Assembly (NCBI GenBank): GCA_950097015.1
Contig: CATNEN010000031.1
Span: 1,178,001 to 1,242,000, forward strand
Source: Macrostomum hystrix
Lineage: Eukaryota; Animalia; Platyhelminthes
Direction: 5' to 3'
Length of the DNA stretch: 64,000 nucleotides
Shown here one piece after another: positions 12,136-24,126 of the stretch; position 1 is the stretch's first letter, and each line of letters opens with the position of its first letter. A program made the translations under genes and the position numbers. A model generated the notes under the pieces. That model searched no databases, had not been told where the DNA came from, and was given only the letters and a program-made list of their open reading frames with translations.

Positions 12136-12254
12136 AGGTTCGTTCCCCGCTTTTAGTGTATTACAATTGGTTCCCTGCCGTGAGCGTACCTGGCCACCCC
12201 AGGTACCTGCAATGATGCAGTCAACAGTTAAGCTGTGAACAGTTACCTGCTTCT

Positions 12255-13030
12255 TTAACTGTCAACAGGTAAAGAATCTGTCAACAGATAAAGAATCTGT
12301 CAACAGATAAAGAAGCTGTCAACGGGTAAATAAGCTGTCAACAGGTAAAGAAGCTGTCAACAGGTAAATAAGCTGTCAACAGGTAAAGAAGCTGTCAACG
12401 GGTAAATAAGCTGTCAACAGGTAAAGAAGCTATCAACAGGTAAATATAAGCTGTCAACAGGTAAATATAAGCTGTCAACAGGTAAAGAAGCTGTCAACGG
12501 GTAAATAAGCTGTCAACAGGTAAAGAAGCTGTCAACAGGTAAATATAAGCTGTCAACAGGTAAAGAAGCTGTCAACAGGTAAATATAAGCTGTCAACAGG
12601 TAAAGAAGCTATCAACAGGTAAATAAGCTGTCAACAGGTAAAGAAGCTATCAACAGGTAAATATAAGCTGTCAACAGGTAAAGAAGCTGTCAACAGGTAA
12701 ATATAAGCTGTCAACAGGTAAAGAAGCTGTCAACAGGTAAATATAAGCTGTCAACAGGTAAAGAAGCTATCAACAGGTAAATAAGCTGTCAACAGGTAAA
12801 GAAGCTATCAACAGGTAAATATAAGCTGTCAACAGGTAAAGAAGCTGTCAACAGGTAAAGAAGCTATCAACAGGTAAAGAAGCTGTCAACAGGTAAATAA
12901 GCTGTCAACAGGTAAAGAAGCTATCAACAGGTAAATATAAGCTGTCAACAGGTAAAGAAGCTGTCAACAGGTAAATAAGCTGTCAACAGGTAAAGAAGCT
13001 ATCAACACGTAAAGAAGCTGTCAACCGTTA
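12255..13030. repeat. ~19-bp minisatellite (AACAGGTAAAGAAGCTGTC)n with 18-20-bp variants, ~40 copies
   Basis: Direct tandem repetition; degenerate copies extend back to ~11800. Confidence 0.93.
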
Positions 13031-13609
13031 AGTAAGCCATCGGAGTGAGTGTTTCTAATCAGTAGGCGACAGTTGAAAGCGGCACGCGAGTTTAATCGTG
13101 AAACTCTACAGAGAAATGAATAATGTTATCCGCGTCCCACGCAATTAAGCGGATCGCAAGGCTTTTTGCATACTTTTTTCTATACTATATGCATTTAAAA
13201 CTTACCTGTCAGTCACTAATGCTTTGTCTACCTCTTTTATGCCACTGAGGATTTGGGATAAGATTAAGAAGCGGTGGGATGGGATTATAGTTAGTGGTAG
13301 GTCGCCACCGACAGCTTTTGCGAATCCAAGAGTTTAAATGCCCAGACTAGACTGTAGGGCGAGTGTGAACCTGTGTCCTCACTTCTCTTAATTAGGCTTA
13401 AGCTTAGCCAGCTTAACCAGCCAGCCAGCTTAGCCAGCTCTGAGATGTAAGTCAGCAGGACACTAATCTACTACTCTGTAACAAGGCTAGCACGGTTTGA
13501 CGCAATGAGCTTTCACTAAAATATCTGAAATGTTTCATTAAATTATTATCAAAGTCTCTGGTTAAAAGTAATTAGGGAAAGTTTTTTAAGTATTTAGAAA
13601 ACTAAGTAA

Positions 13610-14340
13610 GAATGCCTGAGAAACGTAAGAATGTCCTGAGAAACCTAAGAATGTCCTGGGAAACCTCAGGTAAATAATCCTGGGACGTTGATCAATCAGA
13701 GTGTCCAGGGAAACTTAAGAATGTCATGGGAAACCTAAGACTATTCTGGGAAACCTTAGAGTGTCCAGGGAAACTTAAGAATATCATGGGAAACCTTAGA
13801 TTGTCCTTGGAAACCTAAGAATGTCCTGGGAAACCTTAGAGTGTCCTTGGAAACCTAAGAATGTCCTGGGAAACCTTAGAGTGTCCAGGGAAACTTAAGA
13901 ATGTCCTGGGAAACCTCAGGTAAATAATCCTGGGACGTTGATCAATCAGAGTGTCCAGGGAAACCTTAGAGTCCAGGGAAACTTAAGAATGTCATGGGAA
14001 ACCTAAGACTATTCTGGGAAACCTTAGAGTGTCCAGGGAAACTTAAGAATGTCATGGGAAACCTAAGACTATTCTGGGAAACCTTAGAGTGTCTAGGGAA
14101 ACTTAAGAATGTCATGGGAAACCTAAGACTATTCTGGGAAACCTTAGAGTGTCCAGGGAAACCTTAGAGACCAGGGAAACTTAAGAATGTCATGGGAAAC
14201 CTAAGACTATTCTGGGAAACCTTAGAGTGTCCAGGGAACCTTAAGAATGTCATGGGAAACCTAAGACTATTCTGGGAAACCTTAGAGTGTCTAGGGAAAC
14301 TTAAGATTGCCCTGAGAAGCCTAAAGAAGTCTTGGAAAGC
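13610..14340. repeat. Composite ~20-bp minisatellite (GGGAAACCTAAGAATGTCCT and variants)
   Basis: Recurrent GGGAAAC(C/T)T(A)AG units plus a duplicated block CCTCAGGTAAATAATCCTGGGACGTTGATCAATCAG at ~13665 and ~13915. Confidence 0.9.
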
Positions 14341-14939
14341 TTTGACAAGCCTTCTAGCTTTAAATAGCGATGCATGAAGGCTCAGGAACTCCTAATTTTC
14401 TTATGAGCCTGTACAGGCTCGATAAGATTAGCTTCTCGCACTGCTACTTACTGTCGGCTGCAGCCGCTCCCCCTCCCCCAATATCCGCGGCGGCAACTCA
14501 ATTAACAATGTTGGTGCCCTGTCCGCCGCTAACTATACTAGTATATAAGCAGCGCTGACATTGATTCTAGCAGACGAGCTGCGAGACTGGATTCGATTTT
14601 TTTTAATACGCACCTATGGCACCTGGGCAGAGACACAATTAGCCGCCACCAGACGCGCAAAGCTTTCCTGCTTGAAATGCTTAATTTACTATTGCTACAC
14701 CAAATAGGCTATATTTTACTAAAGAATAGCTTTCTATCCGTAATGTAGTCTCTAACTCTATTATCTCTTTCTCTGCTATTAATTAATGACACTCCTGATG
14801 CTTATTAATCTTTCACATAGGATTCCAGCATCCCTTGTCACTAAAAATCTACCCCAACTGCCTCATGCAAGTATTGCATAGGATCTGACTGTATTTATCG
14901 GATTTGCAATCCTCCAAAATTAATTTGTGCATTGTCATC

Positions 14940-16180
14940 AGACTGAGGGAGATGAGACTGGGGGAGATGAGACTGGGGGAGATGAGACTGGGGGTGATGA
15001 GACGGGGGGAGATGAGAATGAGGCAGATGAGAATTGTGGAGATGAGACTGGGGGAGATGAGACTGGGGGGAGATGAGACTGGGGGAGATGAGACTGGGGG
15101 AGATGAGACTGGGGGAGATGAGAATGAGGGAGATGAAACTGGGGGAGATGAGACTGGGGAGATGAGACTGGGGGAGATGAGACTGGGGGAGATGAGACAG
15201 GGGGAAATGAGACTGGGGGTGATGAGACTGAGGGAGATGAGACTGGGGGAGATGAGACTGGGGGAGATGAGACTGGGGGAGATGAGAATGAGGGAGATGA
15301 GACTGGGGGAGATGAGACTGGGGAGATGAGACTGGGGGAGATGAGACGGGGGGGAGATGAGACTGAGGGAGATGAGAATTGGGGAGATGAGACTGGGGGG
15401 GAGATGAGACTGGGGGAGATGAGACTGGGGGAGATGAGACTAGGGGAGATGAGAATAAGGGAGATGAGACTGGGGGGAGATGAGACTGGGGGAGATGAGA
15501 CTGGGGGAGATGAGACTAGGGGAGATGAGAATAAGGGAGATGAGACTGGGGGGAGATGAGACTGAGGGAGATGAGACTGGGGGAGATGAGACTGGGGGGG
15601 AGATGAGACTGGGGGAGATGAGACTAGGGGAGATGAGAATAAGGGAGATGAGACTGGGGGGAGATGAGACTGAGGGAGATGAGACTGGGGGAGATGAGAC
15701 TGGGGGGGAGATGAGACTGGGGGAGATGAGACTGGGGGAGATGAGACTAGGGGAGATGAGAATAAGGGAGATGAGACTGGGGGGAGATGAGACTGAGGGA
15801 GATGAGACTGGGGGAGATGAGACTGGGGGGGAGATGAGACTGGGGGAGATGAGACTAGGGGAGATGAGAATAAGGGAGATGAGACTGGGGGGAGATGAGA
15901 CTGAGGGAGATGAGACTGGGGGAGATGAGACTGGGGGGGAGATGAGACTGGGGGAGATGAGACTGGGGAGATGAGACTGGGGGAGATGAGACGGGGGGAG
16001 ATGAGACTGAGGGAGATGAGAATTGGGGAGATGAGACTGGGGGGGAGATGAGACTGGGGGAGATGAGACTGGGGGAGATGAGACTGGGGGAGATGAGACT
16101 GGGGGGAGATGAGACTGGGGGAGATGAGACTGAGGGAGATGAGACTGGGGGAGATGAGAATAAGGGAGATGAGACAAGGG
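14940..16180. repeat. 15-bp G-rich minisatellite (GAGATGAGACTGGGG)n
   Basis: Direct tandem repetition; accounts for ORFs 14904-16248. Confidence 0.95.
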
Positions 16181-16626
16181 GCATTTTAGATTCGATTAAA
16201 ATGTATAGCTTTCTAGTCGACTTCTCACCTTCTCACTGTCAGGTTTGAGACCAGAGTGCCAGCCAATTTCTGTTAAAAAATCATATAAAATGCTTCATTT
16301 TTATTGTCTTTAACATCCACCATGCCGCGAGGATGTCCAACCGACCCTTGAGCCGATTGCGTGCCAAAGCAGACTCAGTCTTTGAATAGATAAGATTAAA
16401 GTAATGAAGGGATTAAATCACTTGCTTACCCTGTCGTGCCTCACTTTGATTGCTGCTTTTCATTAAAAATCTTTTTTTTTAATTGGCACTTTCAGTCTCT
16501 AGGCGCTAATGAGTTCAAAAAAGGCCAAAACTGCTAAGGTAGCTGGCATGCCATCTGAAACGTGTCTTCAAATTCAGCCTGTTTAATTTGAAAAAAAATT
16601 CAAAATGAGACTCTACACGGCGGATC

Positions 16627-17225
16627 GGGAAGCTCTCACCCCACAGTATTTTGGGAAGCTCTCACCCCACCTCATTTTGGGAAGCTCTCACCCACCTCAT
16701 TTTGGGAAGCTCTCACCCCACCTCATTTTGGGAAGCTCTCACCCACCTCATTTTGGGAAGCTCTCACCCACCTCATTTTGGGAAGCTCTCACCCCACCTC
16801 ATTTTGGGAAGCTCTTACCCCACCTCATTTTGGGAAGCTCTTACCCCACCTCATTTTGGGAAGCTCTCACCCACCTCATTTTGGGAAGCTCTCACCCCAC
16901 CTCATTTTGGGAAGCTCTCACCCCACCTCATTTTGGGAAGCTCTCACCCCACCTCATTTTGGGAAGCTCTCACCCACCTCATTTTGGGAAGCTCTCACCC
17001 ACCTCATTTTGGGAAGCTCTCACCCCACCTCATTTTGGGAAGCTCTCACCCCACCTCATTTTGGGAAGCTCTCACCCACCTCATTTTGGGAAGCTCTCAC
17101 CCCACCTCATTTTGGGAAGCTCTCACCCCACCTCATTTTGGGAAGCTCTTACCCCACCTAATTTTGGGAAGCTCTCACCCCACCTCATTTTGGGAAGCTC
17201 TCACCCAACTTCATTTTGGGAAGCA
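16627..17225. repeat. 25/26-bp minisatellite (TTTTGGGAAGCTCTCACCCCACCTCA)n
   Basis: Direct tandem repetition. Confidence 0.95.
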
Positions 17226-17739
17226 ACCCCGGAGTTGTTAAATTTATCGGTCTGGGTGTCAAAGAGTGACAGAAACAAAATGCACCAAGCTGGGCATTTC
17301 CTAATTAGGTTAGCCAATCTGTCTGCCTTAGTTTGCACATCTGCGAAATCCGCGCTACGCTGTTGATTGAAACAATTTGAGCAGTCAACGAGCCTCATTA
17401 ATGAGGCTCAGGTGGTGCATTCTCCTTTGAAGTGGGACAGGTTGAGGATAAAAGACGGGAATGCTTCTGCCTTGCCGCGGAAACGGTCTCAGCTGCTTTA
17501 AAAGCTTGATGAAGAAATTAGTGGCCCTCGGCGAGCCAGTTTGCGATGGGAGCAGGTGCCGAGAATTTTATAGAAAACGAATCCACTGACATTCTTCTGT
17601 CCATCTGCTTCCTGATATGCACTTCCAGCAGCAGAAATGGGAAGCCAACTGGGACACCTGTGACAACCCGAGTTCGAATTCACATTGCTCGCTTTAGCTC
17701 CTACCGTCGTGATTGCGAGTTAAGCTGAGACTGTCCCGA

Positions 17740-18930
17740 CCACAGAACCATCCTGATACGGAACCATCCTGACACGGAACCATCCTGACACAGATCCATC
17801 CTGACACGGAACCATCCTGACACAGATCCATCCCAACACAGAACCACAGAACCATCCTGACACGGAACCATCCTGACACAGATCCATCCTTACACAGAAC
17901 CATCCTAACACAGATCCATCCTGACACGGAACCATCCTGACACGGAACCATCCTGACACAGATCCATCCTGACACAGATCCATCCTCACACAGAACAGCA
18001 GAACCATACTGACACGGAACCATCCTGACACAGATCCATCCTTACACAGAACCATCCTAACACAGAACCGTAGAACCATACTGACACAGATCCATCCTAA
18101 CACAGAACAGCAGAACCATACTGACACGGAACCATCCTGACACAGATCCATCCTTACACAGATCCATCCTTACACAGAACCACAGAACCATCCTGACACA
18201 GAACCGCAGAACCATACTGACACGGAACCATCCTGATACGGAACCATCCTGATACGGAACCATCCTGACACAGATCCATCCTAACACAGAACCGCAGAAC
18301 CATACTGACACGGAACCATCCTGATACGGAACCATCCTGATACGGAACCATCCTGACACAGATCCATCCTAACACAGAACCGCAGAACCATACTGACACG
18401 GAACCATCCTGATACGGAACCATCCTGATACGGAACCATCCTGACACAGATCCATCCTAACACAGAACCGCAGAACCATACTGACACGGAACCATCCTGA
18501 TACGGAACCATCCTGATACGGAACCATCCTGACACAGATCCATCCTAACACAGAACCACAGAACCATCCTGACACGGAACCATCCAAACACAGAACCACA
18601 CTGACACATAACGATACTGACCACAGAGTCATCCTGACAAAGAACCACTGAGCCACTCTGATACAGAACCACCCTGACACAGAACCACCCTGACACAGAG
18701 CCACTCTGACACAGAACCACCCTGACACAGAACCACCCTGACACAGAACCACCCTGACACAGAACCACCCTGACACAGAGCCACTCTGACACAGAACCAC
18801 TCTGACACAGAACCACCCTGACACAGAACCACCCTGACACAGAACCACCCTGACACAGAACCACCCTGACACAGAACCACCCTGACACAGAGCCACTCTG
18901 ACACAGAACCACCCTGACCACAGAACCGCA
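17740..18930. repeat. 16-bp minisatellite (CGGAACCATCCTGACA)n with variant sub-blocks
   Basis: Period 16 (GAACC at 17761 and 17777). Confidence 0.93.
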
Positions 18931-19464
18931 GAACCAGGACTACCTGAGTACAGCACAGGAGTACAGGCTGCAACACTGAGAAGCTCATGATACAAGCCTG
19001 CGCGGCGTGTCCCAGCATGCAGGAAATTTCGGAAATGCGAGACAGAAGAAGTTGAATAGAGCCGGAGTGAAAAGGAGGCCAGTATAGTGTGGTTGGGGGA
19101 GGAGGATAGAACACGAGTGTCTGACTGGTTGCCATAGTAACTGGGCTGCATGGGTTTAGACATTTGTCTTCGGCATCCAGGATGAGCAGGGAAATAGTCT
19201 CAACCAAGGACGCAGCGATTTCAATTGGTTTTCCTATTAGGGCAGTGGCAGGGTCTCAAAGAACAATAGGGACTCAGTGTTTTATTAAAAAATAGCCCGT
19301 TCCATTTTCATTCTACCTAATATGGTAAAATTAAGCACGATTTTAAAGGATAACGCTTCTCAGTCGATTGTTCCATAGCGAACTGTCTGCTAATGGGACA
19401 AGACACGATTGTCAGAAAACATGATAGCGGGGTGGAAAATGAGGCAGATACTTAGTTAGGACAG

Positions 19465-19925
19465 GGTGAGATTGACGGAAACTGAGAGAGACGGGGGTGA
19501 GATTGACGGAAACTGAGAGAGACGGGGGTGAGATTGAGAGAAACTGAGAGAGACGGGGGGAGAGATTGAGAGAAACTGAGAGAGACGGGGGAGAGATTGA
19601 GAGAAACTGAGAGAGACGGGGGAGAGATTGAGAGAAACTGAGAGAGACGGGGGAGAGATTGAGAGAAACTGAGAGAGACGGGGGAGAGATTGAGAGAAAC
19701 TGAGAGAGACGGGGGAGAGATTGAGAGAAACTGAGAGAGACGGGGGAGAGATTGAGAGAAACTGAGAGAGACGGGGGAGAGATTGAGAGAAACTGAGAGA
19801 GACGGGGGAGAGATTGAGAGAAACTGAGAGAGACGGGGGAGAGATTGAGAGAAACTGAGAGAGACGGGGGAGAGATTGAGAGAAACTGAGAGAGACGGGG
19901 GAGAGATTGAGAGAAACTGAGAGAT
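19465..19925. repeat. 31-bp purine-rich minisatellite (GAGAGAAACTGAGAGAGACGGGGGAGAGATT)n
   Basis: Period 31 (AGAGATTG at 19561 and 19592). Confidence 0.95.
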
Positions 19926-20198
19926 TACCGGCCTGATATTCCAAAGCCAATTGAGAAAAGAGTAAGAGAAACCCCCTTGGGAAGAAACTGGAAAGAAAAT
20001 TCGCCAGTTTTCGAGGCATCTTGCTCAGGGATCTTGCATCGGGATTGGTTGGAGTTCCCCTTGCCGTTTCTCTCCCCTCATATTTCTCACTTCCCTTCAT
20101 ATTATGGGACTGCAAAGAGCCTGAAAGGCCTCAATTCAACCTATGGCACTGCCTGTGTCCTGAGTCTTTAACTAGTCTTTGTAATTCGACGCCAAAAA

Positions 20199-22108
20199 AT
20201 GAATCCGGCCTCAGAGCTCGAGGCCTTGGCGGCGATGTGCAACGGCACTAACTCGCTGGCCGGCTGCTTCGAGGACATCATCTACGGGGCCACGGTGGGG
20301 GCCAAGCTATCGCAGGCGTTCTACCAGGCGGTGGCCGCCTGCTACAGTGCCGCGCTGCTGTGCGCCGTCCTGGCCAACAGCCTCATGCTGTTCGCGGTGC
20401 TGTCCACCTGGCGCGAACGTCGGGCATCGAATCATCGCTGCTTCTATCTGAACCTGATTGTGTGCGACCTGCTGGCGGCTCTAGTTATCCTGCCCGCCAC
20501 CTGCCGAGACCAGATCGACGATCGCTGGCTGCTAGGCGAGGCCGGCTGCAAGGCGGTACACGCCCTCAGCGTCTGCCTGATGTGCAGCAGTGTGCTGACC
20601 CTCACCAGTGTGAGCTGGCTGCGCAGCCTTGGCGCCGGCCGGCCCCAGCTCAATTGGATGAACCAGCGGCGCAGCGTCAGCCGGGACCTCTTCGTCATCG
20701 TCGCCATCTGGCTGCTGGCTGGCCTGGCAGCTCTGCCAGCCGGCGCGGTGTCCGAGCTGCAGGAGAAGTACGAGGCCTTCTCCGGCCAGTACGCGCACGG
20801 CCTGGACCGGCCAATCAGCTGGCCGGTGTGCCGCGAGAACTGGGGCAACCGGTCCGCCGGGGCTGCCGCCTGGTTGGGTGGCCACCTGGATGCCAGCTTC
20901 TGGTGAGTCCAGGGCCATTCTCGCATTCTCATTTGAGATTGCGCGGCTTCCTTTGTGTATAATAATAAAACTATTTTCAGGAGGGCTGTGGGCGTCATTC
21001 TGTGGCATTAGAACCGCAGCCAGAGAGGTACTGTACGGCCCAGATACTGTACGGCCCAGATACTGTACGCAGACACACCCACACTGGTGTGAACATCTGG
21101 CCTGACCTTATCATCGTCGGGCAGTGTTTACTCTCACTCTCCCTCAAGCCTTCTCTCCGCGGCTGCGCCCCAAATGAATGTGGCCTCGCCTCGGAATCGA
21201 GCTCGCGAACTCACTATCTTCCATTGTGGAAGTTATTTCACCGATTCCAGTCAGTAGAGATGGGGAGAGTTTGTGAGTCTGTAAACTAAAGATCTACGCT
21301 CGCATAAGAAATGAGACAGATCTGGTTCCACGTGCTTTTGCCACTCAGGTACGGCCTGGCCGTCCTCTGCCTGGCCTTCGTCCTGCCTCTGCTGAGCCTG
21401 GCGGCAGCCTACTGCCGCATCTGCCGGGTCATCTACCTGTCCAACCGGATCCTCAGCGCGCATCGCCGCTGCCAGGAGATATTCAGCGCCGGCTACAGGG
21501 GCGCCCCGGACAGCACACTGGTGCGGCTGAGCAGCATTCAGCAGCAGCAGCAGCAACAACAGCAGCACCAGCACCAGCACCACCAGCAACAGACTCCGCC
21601 ACTGCCGCCATCGACCTGCAATGCCATGAGCCAGCGCCGTCGCCTTGCGACATCGCGACGAATGTTCCTTCTAGCCGTGGCCCTAGTAGTGATCTTCGCT
21701 GTCACCTGGCTGCCCATCCAGTGCCTGCAGTTGGTCCGAGCCGCCAATGCCGACTCCTCAGACTGGAGCTCCGAGCTGCCGCACAAGCTGGCCTTCGTGT
21801 TCCACCTGCTGGCCCTGGCCAACTGCCTGGTGAATCCCTGCTTCCTTGTGGCCACTCATTCGCCATACCGGCGGAGGCTGCGCCGGCTGGTGCGTCGATT
21901 CCGACGCCGCAGTCGCCGCCAGGGCTGCTGCGTCTGCTGCCTCGGCTGCTTCTGCGGCTTCTTCTGCCGATGCTGCTTCGAGGACAGAGGCGGCTGCGGC
22001 TTCAGCTGCGGTCGGCTGTCCTGGCTGTGCGCCTTCAGGAAGCGGCTGCGGCTGCTGTTTCATCGGACTGGCGGTGCCGCCCAGCTGGAGTTAAACGAGC
22101 TCAGCTGA
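20199..22108 (+). CDS. Class A (rhodopsin-like) peptide GPCR, NPY/NPF/PrRP-receptor-like; 2 exons, ~487 aa
   Basis: Exons 20199-20902 (tg|gtgagt) and 21349-22108 (ccactcag|g) join in phase 2 to give ...ASFWYGLAVLCLAFVLP.... Seven hydrophobic helices; TM1 LANS, TM2 NLIVCDLL, TM3 GEAGCK, ECL2 CRENW, TM6 FAVTWLP, TM7 ANCLVNP. Confidence 0.9.
21135..21210 (-). mobile_element. SINE family A 5' fragment in the GPCR intron
   Basis: Reverse complement matches GAGCTCGATTCCG(C/A)GGCGAGGCCACATT...GGGGCGCAG..GCGGAGAGAAGGCTTG of the full copy. Confidence 0.7.
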
Positions 22109-22179
22109 GTAACTGAAGTCATCGACTGAGGAGCTTACAGCTAGCGAATTTTAATACTGTTCATTAAGAATAAGTACCA

Positions 22180-22500
22180 ATTGCCATTCTGCCCTTTTCC
22201 TAGTCATTTTGTTCGGTCATTTTTCCCTTTCTGCTCATTTTTTACGGTCATTGTCCCCCTTCCTGATCACAATTTGTACGGTCATTGTCCCACTTTCTGC
22301 TCATTTTTCGGTCATTGTACCCTTTCTGGTCATTTTGTTTCGTCATTGTCCCTTTCCTGGTTATTATGTTCGGTCATTGTCACCTTCCTGGTCATTTTGT
22401 TCGGTCATTGTCTCCTTGGGATAAATTTTTACAATAGTCGTAGTCCCGTCCTAGTTTTTTAGGTCATCACCCTCATTTCTGGTCATTTTGTTCCATCTGG
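22180..22500. repeat. Degenerate ~31-bp tandem repeat 3' of the GPCR (TTTTGTTCGGTCATTGTCCCTTTCCTGGTCA-like)
   Basis: Recurrent GGTCATTGTC / GGTCATTTTGTT motifs. Confidence 0.75.
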
Positions 22501-22797
22501 TTAGATATATAGTCACTTTCTTGTGTCACTATATCCATTATGCTCTTTAGTCCTGGTCCCCTGCCAGTCATTTTGGCTGTCATAGTCGCCTTTGTAGTCA
22601 CTCTGTTTGGTAACATGTATGACTAATCTATGACTATATCTATGTAACCCAACAGATTGGCTCTCGCTAGACTGTTCTCTATGCCAGTAGAATGTACTTT
22701 CCGTTCTCTTTCTTTTAGCCGAGAAATTTTCCACCGGCGGAGCTGGTGTCCGCCCATCTCTACCCGCAGTCTTAGATTCTCGCGGTCAGGCTCTCCG

Positions 22798-22875
22798 CCA
22801 CTGCCCACCCCCTCCGCCACCGCCCACCCCCTCCGCCACCGCCCACCCCCTCCGCCACCGCCCACCCCTCCGCCA
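22798..22875. repeat. 19-bp C-rich repeat, ~4 copies
   Basis: CTCCGCCACCGCCCACCCC at period 19. Confidence 0.85.
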
Positions 22876-23311
22876 TAATGTAAGAGTTTCGAATCCGAAA
22901 AGCCCCCCCCCACACGGTGCGTGTCACGCGCTCCTCCCCCCAGCCTGGGGTAGCAGCTGGCAAATGTTAATAAGAGACCGATTAAGTCCACGGGCGCGCG
23001 ATGGAATGAATGAGAAAATATTAATTTTTGAGTATCCTTCTGCTTCTGCGTTTCATGAAAGTCAATACGCTCATCTTCATCACATATTCTATAAAGAATC
23101 CCTCGACTTTTTAGAAGTGAAATAAACAGCAATAACTTTAACTATCTGAGTTTAAAAACTTTGCGAATGATAATTACTATAATTAAGCAAGAGACCTTTC
23201 AAATCTTACTGCTAGCCTCAATTATTTTGACCGAATCATGTGCCAAAAAATTCCAGCTGCCTCTAAATGACATAATATAAACTTTAACTTTTCACATTTT
23301 TGTACGAATCT

Positions 23312-23568
23312 TGGCTTTCGTCCAAGGTCCCTGAGCTCGATTCTGCGGCGAGGCCACATTTTTTGTGGCGCTTGTCTTGAAATCTACGCCCTTAAGGGGC
23401 CAACCTGCAAGGCACAGTGAGAGTGTACACTGCCTGACGATGAGAAAGTCAGGGCAGATGTACACGCCTGTGTGAGCGTATGCCTGCGTACGGTATCTGT
23501 GGGCGTGTGTGCTCAGGGGTCAGCGAAATGGGCAGAATTGCCTCCTCGCTGGCTGCGGGTCTAGTGTC
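23312..23568 (+). mobile_element. SINE family A copy lacking its 3' tail, directly fused to a 12-bp array
   Basis: Collinear with 33243-33609 up to GGGTCTAGTGTC, then switches to (CTACGGTTAAGG)n. Confidence 0.85.
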
Positions 23569-24126
23569 TACGGTTAAGGCTACGGTTAAGGCTACGGTTA
23601 AGGCTACGGTTAAGGCTATGGTTAATGCTACGGTTAAGGCTACGGTTAAGGCTACGGTTAAGGTTACGGTTAAGGCTACGGTTAAGGCTACGGTTAAGGC
23701 TACGGTTAAGGCTACGGTTAAGGCTACGGTTAAGGCTACGGTTAAGGCTACGGTTAAGGCTACGGTTAAGGCTACGGTTAAGGCTACGGTTAAGGCTACG
23801 GTTAAGGCTACGGTTAAGGCTATGGTTAATGCTACGGTTAAGGCTACGGTTAAGGCTACGGTTAAGGTTACGGTTAAGGCTACGGTTAAGGCTACGGTTA
23901 AGGCTACGGTTAAGGCTACGGTTAAGGCTACGGTTAAGGCTACGGTTAAGGCTACGGTTAAGGCTACGGTTAAGGCTACGGTTAAGGCTACGGTTAAGGC
24001 TACGGTTAAGGCTACGGTTAAGGCTACGGTTAAGGCTACGGTTAAGGCTACGATTAAGGCTACGGTTAAGGCTACTGTTAAGGCTACGGTTAAGGCTACG
24101 GTTAAGGCTACGGTTAAGGCTACGGT
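23569..24126. repeat. 12-bp minisatellite (CTACGGTTAAGG)n, ~46 copies
   Basis: Direct tandem repetition; source of the poly-VALT/KATV/RL ORFs. Confidence 0.97.

Noticed and set aside
13201-13330. Candidate upstream exon for the ShK-like gene (strong gtaagt donor on the minus strand)
   Set aside because: Only the phase-2 frame is open near the donor, whereas the ShK exon needs phase 1.
14904-19207. Many repetitive ORFs (MRLGE, SHLPQ, GKLSP, GSVSGW)
   Set aside because: Translations of 15-, 26- and 16-bp minisatellites; the unique stretches between them gave no recognisable domain.
20360-22116. Alternative-frame and antisense ORFs over the GPCR (also over the transposase, KDELC and Dvl)
   Set aside because: Shadow ORFs expected from GC-rich codon usage; no independent motifs.
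23430-23455. Possible hammerhead in SINE A (CTGACGA-TGA-GAAA)
   Set aside because: Only 3 nt lie between the core halves, no matching stem III/NUH exists, and the motif is not conserved in the other copies. It is better explained as a CTGAC/GTCAG hairpin.
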